A stretch of DNA of 64,000 nt from Candidatus Poriferihabitaceae bacterium (GTDB lineage: Bacteria; Pseudomonadota; Gammaproteobacteria; Arenicellales; Poriferihabitantaceae), in assembly GCA_965262585.1 (NCBI GenBank), contig OZ253546.1, positions 1,098,547-1,162,546 of the forward strand, written 5' to 3'. A program made the position numbers and the translations under genes. Below the pieces are notes generated by a model, which saw only the letters and a list, made by a program, of their open reading frames with translations, did no database searches and was not told where the DNA came from. Position 1 is the stretch's first letter. Each line of letters begins with the position of its first letter. Of the stretch, positions 58,272-64,000 are shown one piece after another.

Positions 58272-58930
58272 TTTTAAACACTTTATACGTACTTGGTGCA
58301 GTAGCAAGCATTAGGGATTTTTTTTATGATGGAGCAGCGAATCTTTCGCCATGGCTCATCTTGACTATCGGCGTGCTGTGTACAGCAACATTTTGGAAAA
58401 AAAATCGTTCGCCATGGATATTCTTGACTATCGGCGTGCTGTTCGTGGTGGTGATTTGGGGGTTAAATCGTTCGCCATCACCCCCTGCGAAGGATCAAGA
58501 AAGTGAAGAATCTATTGTGGTAACTCAAGAAAGTGAAGAATCTATTGTGGTAACTCAAGAAAGTGAAGAAGTGTTAGTTCCAGGAAATGAACAACTTGAA
58601 GAGTTAAATGAACACACCAATTTGACCTTAAGGAAATTGGAAATTGCTTTTTTATCCGCACAGAAAATATCTAGCACTATATCTCGCGATGAAACATTAG
58701 AACTTGTGATTACGAAGGCTTTACAAAGTGAAGAAGATAAATTTGCTTTTAAGGTTGCACTCCAAATTTCTTCTATCCGTTCTCGAGACAAGATGTTGAT
58801 AAGGATAATTGACAAGTCTCTGGAAAATGGAAATATAGATACTGCAGAATCAGTATCTAATAAGATTTCTTCCATCTTAACTCGTGATGAGGTAAAAAGA
58901 AAAATAGTTGATTTTATTTTTATAGACTAA
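58268..58930 (+). CDS. Repeat-containing membrane protein of unknown function inserted between mod and res
   Basis: 220 aa, AT-rich. Contains duplicated TM modules (SPWLILTIGVLCTATFWKKNR / SPWIFLTIGVLFVVVIWGLNR), QESEESIVVT at 2.5 copies, and three ISSxxSRDxxL..I helical repeats. The ATG overlaps the mod stop (ATGA). Confidence 0.55.
   Translation: MILNTLYVLGAVASIRDFFYDGAANLSPWLILTIGVLCTATFWKKNRSPWIFLTIGVLFVVVIWGLNRSPSPPAKDQESEESIVVTQESEESIVVTQESEEVLVPGNEQLEELNEHTNLTLRKLEIAFLSAQKISSTISRDETLELVITKALQSEEDKFAFKVALQISSIRSRDKMLIRIIDKSLENGNIDTAESVSNKISSILTRDEVKRKIVDFIFID
58496..58570 (+). repeat. Perfect 30-bp in-frame tandem repeat (2.5 copies) inside the membrane-protein gene
   Basis: CAAGAAAGTGAAGAATCTATTGTGGTAACT occurs twice, plus a 15-bp partial copy. 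Confidence 0.9.
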
Positions 58931-58980
58931 TAATTCAATGCACATTAAAAATCACCAACCCAAATCCCTGGAACATTGAT

Positions 58981-61527
58981 ATGCAACTCAAAAACTACCA
59001 ACAACAAACCCTCGATCAATTAGACCGATGGCTTGATGCGCTCAAAGAAGCCCGTTTGGAAGGCGAAAAGACGATCAAAGTTCTTGAGAAACAAAAAATC
59101 GATGTCCCCGAAGTAGTGCGGAATTATCCCGAAACCGCATGGAAAAGCCTGAGCAACCAAAACCTTCTCCCCCGCATTCAACAACAAGACGGGGACTCTA
59201 AAACCCCCGGCTACATTTCCCGCACCGCATCATCCGGCGCACCTATTCCGCATGTTTGCTTGAAAATTCCAACCGGCGGTGGCAAAACACTTTTGGGAGT
59301 CTCCGCTTTGGAGCGCATCAAACAAGACACCGGTTTTGTTTTGTGGATTGTGCCGACTAGGGCGATTTACCAGCAAACCCTGACTGCTTTTCGAACCCGT
59401 GAACATCCTTACCGGCAGATGCTTGAGCGAATCTCCGGTGGCAAGGTCAAACTGCTGCAAAAAGTCGACCGATTTACCCGGCAGGATATTGAAAGCCAAC
59501 TGTGCGTGATGATGCTGATGTTGCCGGCGGTCAACCGGCAAAAGGGCAAGGGTTTTCTCAAGATATTCCGCGACAGCGGCGGGTATACCTCGTTCTTTCC
59601 CGAACAAGATGATGCGGGCGCAAATACAATTCTTTCGCAACAGCATCCCGACTTGGAAAAAAATCAAACCGGCGACTGGGTAAAGCAAAGCTTGATTAAC
59701 ACTCTGAAACTGATTCGCCCGACCGTGATTTTGGACGAAGCGCATAAGGCATATGGGAAAAAAGACGCAACCGAGTTTGTAAAGTCCGTCAACCGACTCA
59801 ATCCTCGCTTTGTTGTTGAACTGTCGGCCACGCCGAAACTCGGCATCAGCAACATTCTGGTCGATATTTCGGGAACCGCGCTTCAAGACGAGGAGATGAT
59901 TAAACTCCCGATAGAGATTCGCAGTTTCATTAATTCTGACTGGAAACACACGCTTGCCGAAACACAAAATAAATTGGCCGAACTGGAACGGGAAGCGAAG
60001 AAATCGCAACACCACGGGGGCGGTTATATTCGGCCAATCGCGCTGGTACGCGTGCAGAGAACCGGGAAAAACCAGCGCAAGCAGGGGTATATTCATTCCG
60101 ATGATGCGCGGGAATACCTGATACAAAATCTTTCCGTGCCGGAACAACACATACGAATTCAATCATCAGAACAAAAGGAACTGGCGGGCGAAGATCTGCA
60201 CAGCGAAACAAGCCCGGTGCGCTGGATTATCACAAAAGATGCGCTCAAAGAGGGTTGGGATTGCTCGTTTGCGTATCTTCTGGCGTTGCTGGATAACACC
60301 ACGGCGTCAACGGCGATGACGCAAATGGTCGGGCGGGTAATGCGACAGCCATACGCGCAACTGGTTAAAAAAAGCGCGGCGTTGAACCAGTGTTATGTCT
60401 ACTGTTACAACATGGATGTGGGCACGGCGGTTAAAGGAGTGAGCGCCGGGCTGGAAAACGAAGGGCTGACCGGACTTGGTAACGCTATTCGCGGATACGG
60501 CGGCGGAGAACAACCGCAACGGCAAACCGTCAAACGCAGGCAACCCTATAAAAAGTTAAACATTTGTCTCCCGCAGGTGCTACATAAAGAAGGGAATGGA
60601 TGGCGTCCGATTGATTACGACCGCGATATTTTGAGCGCGGTGAACTGGGACAAAATTAGCGGCGGCCATGCGGTTAATTTGGATGATGAAGATGTCGTCC
60701 GGGAATGCAAAACCACGATTGACATTCAGGGGCAAGGCGAGGTGTTGGAAGAGAACTATGACACTGGAGAAAGTCTGACGCTGGATTATTTTGTCCGGCG
60801 GCTTACGGATATGATTCCCAATCCGTGGCAAGCGGCGCGCGTGGCGGAGAATTTCATCGGCAAGCACAGCAACCCGCAACACGGCGATTCCAAATTATTG
60901 AATAACCGAATTTATCTTTCGGAGGTATTGAGAAAGAGGGTGAAAAAAGATATTGACGGCAAAGCCGAAACGGTGTTCCGCGCTAAAGTCGGACGAAACG
61001 AAATCAGGTTTCATCTTGTGGCCGATAAGAACCTGAACCACGAACTAAGCAATTCGTTCGAGGTGGTTGTGTCCGGTGACGCACGAACATTGCAAGCCCA
61101 ACACGGTCAACCGATACAGCGAAGCCTGTTTTCCCCCATTTATGAAAACAATTTCAACGGACTTGAAAAAGATTTTGCGCTGTATCTGGACGAAAGCGAT
61201 GCGATCTATTGGTGGCATCGAATCGCCGCACGGCAGGCGTATTCTCTTCAAGGCTGGCGGCGACAACGGGTTTATCCCGACTTTGTGGCGTGCAGAAAAG
61301 AAAACGGCACTCTGCTGGTTTTAGAAACAAAAGGCGCGCACTTGCAAGGCAACGAAGATACGATCTACAAGAAAAAACTGCTTGATGCGCTTGAGAAAAC
61401 TTACACGACCGCCATCGACAGGGGAACATTGGAAATCAATGAATTCCCCGCCGCCACTTTCAGAATGATGTTTGAGAACAGTTGGAAAGAGGATGTGAAC
61501 GCCCTCATCTCCGACACACAACCATAA
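58981..61527 (+). CDS. res: Type III restriction endonuclease Res subunit (SF2 helicase + PD-(D/E)xK nuclease)
   Basis: Walker A LKIPTGGGKT, DEAH box ILDEAHKAYG, motif VI-like MVGRVMRQP, and a C-terminal nuclease motif YPDF...VLETKG. Confidence 0.85.
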   Translation: MQLKNYQQQTLDQLDRWLDALKEARLEGEKTIKVLEKQKIDVPEVVRNYPETAWKSLSNQNLLPRIQQQDGDSKTPGYISRTASSGAPIPHVCLKIPTGGGKTLLGVSALERIKQDTGFVLWIVPTRAIYQQTLTAFRTREHPYRQMLERISGGKVKLLQKVDRFTRQDIESQLCVMMLMLPAVNRQKGKGFLKIFRDSGGYTSFFPEQDDAGANTILSQQHPDLEKNQTGDWVKQSLINTLKLIRPTVILDEAHKAYGKKDATEFVKSVNRLNPRFVVELSATPKLGISNILVDISGTALQDEEMIKLPIEIRSFINSDWKHTLAETQNKLAELEREAKKSQHHGGGYIRPIALVRVQRTGKNQRKQGYIHSDDAREYLIQNLSVPEQHIRIQSSEQKELAGEDLHSETSPVRWIITKDALKEGWDCSFAYLLALLDNTTASTAMTQMVGRVMRQPYAQLVKKSAALNQCYVYCYNMDVGTAVKGVSAGLENEGLTGLGNAIRGYGGGEQPQRQTVKRRQPYKKLNICLPQVLHKEGNGWRPIDYDRDILSAVNWDKISGGHAVNLDDEDVVRECKTTIDIQGQGEVLEENYDTGESLTLDYFVRRLTDMIPNPWQAARVAENFIGKHSNPQHGDSKLLNNRIYLSEVLRKRVKKDIDGKAETVFRAKVGRNEIRFHLVADKNLNHELSNSFEVVVSGDARTLQAQHGQPIQRSLFSPIYENNFNGLEKDFALYLDESDAIYWWHRIAARQAYSLQGWRRQRVYPDFVACRKENGTLLVLETKGAHLQGNEDTIYKKKLLDALEKTYTTAIDRGTLEINEFPAATFRMMFENSWKEDVNALISDTQP

Positions 61528-61643
61528 ACACCGCTTCTTTGGTAAATTTTTATCGCGATGCAGGATTTTATTGTGTAATCGCTTTGAGTATGCCGCCGCC
61601 TTGATTTATAATCTTTGCTCTGTTCACACAAACCTAAAACCAA

Positions 61644-62678
61644 ATGATTTCAACCATTACATTTTTGCCAGTTGCCGTTGTTCGGATTGCCTTGTTTGTC
61701 GGGTTGTTGTTTTGCCATATGACCTACGCTGCTGACGGCCCGCTTCGGGCTTGCACCGATGACGCGCGCGCGCTTAACTTTGGTTTCTACGCATTTTTCG
61801 CGCCGGTTAGTTACAACGCCGATTCGGATCCGGCGGCGGCGGGGTTTAATACGCACCTCGGTTATGAAGCGGATTTGTTGAGCGCTTTGGAGGCGATGGA
61901 AGGCGCGGGGTTGTCGTTTTCGCGGCGACCGATTGCCGCATGGGATGACATTTGGTTGCAGTCCGCCGGCCAACAATATGACTTGGTCGGTGGCGGCATC
62001 ACCATCCTCGACTCGCGCACCCGCGATGCCGCCGGTAAAAAGGCGGTCGCTTTTACCTCGGGACACATCGCCTTTCGCCAGTCGCTGCTGGTGCGCGCCG
62101 AAGACGCACCGCGTATGGCAAGCCATGACGACCTGAACAGCGAAGTGCAAGTCGGTGCGCTTGCCGGCACCACCGGCGAAGCCCGCTTGTTGCAACTAAC
62201 CGGGCTGGCCGACGCCAATGGAATCCTGACCGCCGGCGTACGCATCGACACTCCGCGCGGCATATTAACCGCAGACGGCGGCGATGGTTACATGATCACC
62301 GCCGCCGCCGAATCTCCCAACCTCAGCAACCGAACGCGACTTTATCCCCCGGCACAAACCATGCCCGAAATTATTTACCTCGGCGATCAGACCGGTGAAA
62401 TCGAACTGCTGGAAGCACTCGGCAACGGCCGCATCGATGCAATCGCCAGAGGCGAGATCGGCAACCGCGATGCCGCCCACGCTTCCAACAACGCTTTTGT
62501 AGTCGCCGCCCTAGACCCCGAAATCGAACTCGGCGGCTTCACCGTAGCCACCAAAAACGCCGACCTTCTCTCCTGCATAGACGACAAAATCAACCTGCTA
62601 ACGGATAACCAACGCATCGGCTACGCCGAATGGCTGAAAGACCCCCAAATATTCCTACGCCGCGCGCGTGCGGAATGA
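61644..62678 (+). CDS. Periplasmic solute-binding protein (family 3, amino-acid-type SBP-like)
   Basis: GC-rich. Signal peptide ending TYAADG. The overall PBPb-like pattern (F..PVSY..., GGGITI...R) is a weak motif-level call. Confidence 0.6.
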   Translation: MISTITFLPVAVVRIALFVGLLFCHMTYAADGPLRACTDDARALNFGFYAFFAPVSYNADSDPAAAGFNTHLGYEADLLSALEAMEGAGLSFSRRPIAAWDDIWLQSAGQQYDLVGGGITILDSRTRDAAGKKAVAFTSGHIAFRQSLLVRAEDAPRMASHDDLNSEVQVGALAGTTGEARLLQLTGLADANGILTAGVRIDTPRGILTADGGDGYMITAAAESPNLSNRTRLYPPAQTMPEIIYLGDQTGEIELLEALGNGRIDAIARGEIGNRDAAHASNNAFVVAALDPEIELGGFTVATKNADLLSCIDDKINLLTDNQRIGYAEWLKDPQIFLRRARAE

Positions 62679-62691
62679 CGGGGTTCGATAA

Positions 62692-62826
62692 TCCGGCAGC
62701 GAACAAGCAGGTCTGCGCCGCCGCACCGTTTCGCGTATCAACATAGATAACATTTTTGCTAGGCATTACGGTGTCACCGAGGAAGAACTGGATTACATTG
62801 TCAACTACGATATCGAATGGGATTAG
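62692..62826 (+). pseudogene. Orphan 3' fragment of a DNA-methyltransferase-like gene
   Basis: This frame reads ...RINIDNIFARHYGVTEEELDYIVNYDIEWD-stop. It resembles the conserved C-terminal tail (HYGLTxEELDFIINYDIKYR) seen on some defence-associated SAM-dependent DNA methyltransferases. There is no upstream body or start; an in-frame stop sits at 62689. Confidence 0.35.
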
Positions 62827-62830
62827 GAAA

Positions 62831-63673
62831 ATGAATACGAAAAACTATGAATCTTTTTCCGTAAGGCATGGCTATGAGGAACCCAAGCCCATCCAATACG
62901 AAAGTATGGATAGAGATTTGCGTACTGGCCTTTGGAATGCGCTTCACCGTTGTTTCCCAAATGACTTCGACCGCGCTCAATTTCCTCATGAAATTTATGA
63001 AATTATTTGGACAAATTTTCTTACAAAACCCGTCACTGAATACGATAGTGAGTTTATAATGTTTGACGGAGAACGTATAAGACTTGTAGAGGGACAGATT
63101 TTTTTGTTACCATGGAACGAGATTTACGATCTAATAGAGTTTGTCATTGTTAACACTGACCCGGATGATACAAGTAGTAGGGACGATTTCATCAATCGAT
63201 GCAATCAAATATTGGGCAAAGAAAATTCCGCTTATAAAATCGTTGCCGATCTTGTAACACCAATCACCAACGAACAAGAAATCCAAGCCATAGAAAGTGC
63301 CATGGCAACGCCGTATGAAGGCGCAAACAATCATATAAACAATGCGCTTTCCCTTTTTTCGCACCGCGAAAATCCCGACTATCCAAACTCCATCAAAGAA
63401 TCCATCTCCGCCGCAGAATCAATCGTTAGGATAATTACCGGTGCAGATTCTTTCGCCGCCGGGGTGAACAATCTTGAGGAATACGGAATCAAACTGCATG
63501 GCGCCCATCAGAGTGCACTAAAAAGCCTCTACGGGTTCACCAGCGATGCCGATGGCATTCGCCACGCATCAACGAACAGCGAACCATTGGACATAAACCA
63601 AAACACCGCCCGCTTTATGCTCATCACCTGCTCCGCCTTCGTCAATTACATAATTTCGGAGAAAAACGACTGA
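62831..63673 (+). CDS. AbiJ-like protein (AbiJ N-terminal domain 4 + C-terminal HEPN-like domain)
   Basis: FSVRHGYEEPKPIQYESMDRDLRTGLWNAL matches the AbiJ-NTD4 pattern as I recall it. The C-terminal NSIKESISAAESI...LYGFTSDADGIRHAS...ARFMLITCSAFVNYI is HEPN-like. ATG at 62831 with an AGGA RBS. Confidence 0.6.
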   Translation: MNTKNYESFSVRHGYEEPKPIQYESMDRDLRTGLWNALHRCFPNDFDRAQFPHEIYEIIWTNFLTKPVTEYDSEFIMFDGERIRLVEGQIFLLPWNEIYDLIEFVIVNTDPDDTSSRDDFINRCNQILGKENSAYKIVADLVTPITNEQEIQAIESAMATPYEGANNHINNALSLFSHRENPDYPNSIKESISAAESIVRIITGADSFAAGVNNLEEYGIKLHGAHQSALKSLYGFTSDADGIRHASTNSEPLDINQNTARFMLITCSAFVNYIISEKND

Positions 63674-63764
63674 CAAAGGGAAAAAACAACTCGTGCGCAA
63701 CCTGATATAATCCAGTTCGTGCGGATAGCGCATACTTTAATCAACCAGATTGAGGAGAACGACC

Positions 63765-63992
63765 ATGCCAATCGATAGAATCATGTACAAATACCACTTC
63801 AAGATGGGCAACAAAATTATCCACACTGGCATTACTTACGACATAGACCGTCGTGAGTACGAGCACCAAAATGAGCCGGGGTCGAGCAAGGGGCATATCA
63901 AGCAGGTGGGTTTACGCACTACCCGCGAAGCCGCTCTTGAATGGGAACGGCAGCAAGAGAAAGCGGGCAAGCCGGTGCGGAGAGATACCTGA
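63765..63992 (+). CDS. Small GIY-YIG-like domain protein
   Basis: YKYHFKMGNKIIHTGITYDIDRREYEH follows the Y-x-Y...G.T.D...R..EH pattern of GIY-YIG. A GAGGAG RBS lies 8 nt upstream of the ATG at 63765. Confidence 0.45.
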   Translation: MPIDRIMYKYHFKMGNKIIHTGITYDIDRREYEHQNEPGSSKGHIKQVGLRTTREAALEWERQQEKAGKPVRRDT

Positions 63993-64000
63993 ATTAAGGT

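Noticed and set aside
59230-60162. 310-aa minus-strand ORF
   Set aside because: Antisense to res, which has clear helicase motifs on the plus strand.

Overview
This window is a GC-rich, gammaproteobacterial-type chromosomal segment made up mostly of housekeeping genes. On the plus strand these are dnaG-rpoD-tRNA(CAU), cysC, ispG, a molybdopterin oxidoreductase, map and an indolepyruvate:ferredoxin oxidoreductase. On the minus strand they are glcDEF with a small ferredoxin, SPOR-coaX-birA, a cobalt-type nitrile hydratase/amidase operon, and the long conserved cluster rpsB-tsf-frr-uppS-cdsA-dxr-rseP-bamA-skp-lpxD-fabZ-lpxA-lpxB-rnhB-dnaE, in which pyrH is absent. Several visibly AT-rich accessory patches interrupt this backbone.

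(1) 44.77-45.73 kb and 49.26-52.71 kb hold six co-oriented copies of a roughly 82-bp palindromic element. They bracket four low-GC cassettes, all coding on the minus strand: a DUF6602-like PD-(D/E)xK protein, a DUF4238 protein, a coiled-coil plus Mrr-like nuclease, and a tightly coupled pair of unknown genes (one soluble, one single-TM). The elements also supply the stop codons and last residues of the flanking core genes. This integron-like but non-attC cassette architecture, with no recombinase in the window, is the most unusual thing here.

(2) 56.65-61.53 kb is a Type III R-M operon with a repeat-rich membrane-protein gene inserted between mod and res, and a mosaic (AT-rich) central region in mod.

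(3) 62.69-64.0 kb holds an orphan methyltransferase-like 3' fragment, an AbiJ/HEPN-like gene and a small GIY-YIG-like gene.

A second, unrelated GC-rich REP family (GTCATTCCCGCG..CGGGAATCCAG) occurs at five intergenic sites. No rRNA, CRISPR array, transposase or integrase was recognised. All GC statements are by-eye estimates. All family assignments come from motif and sequence recognition, not database searches.
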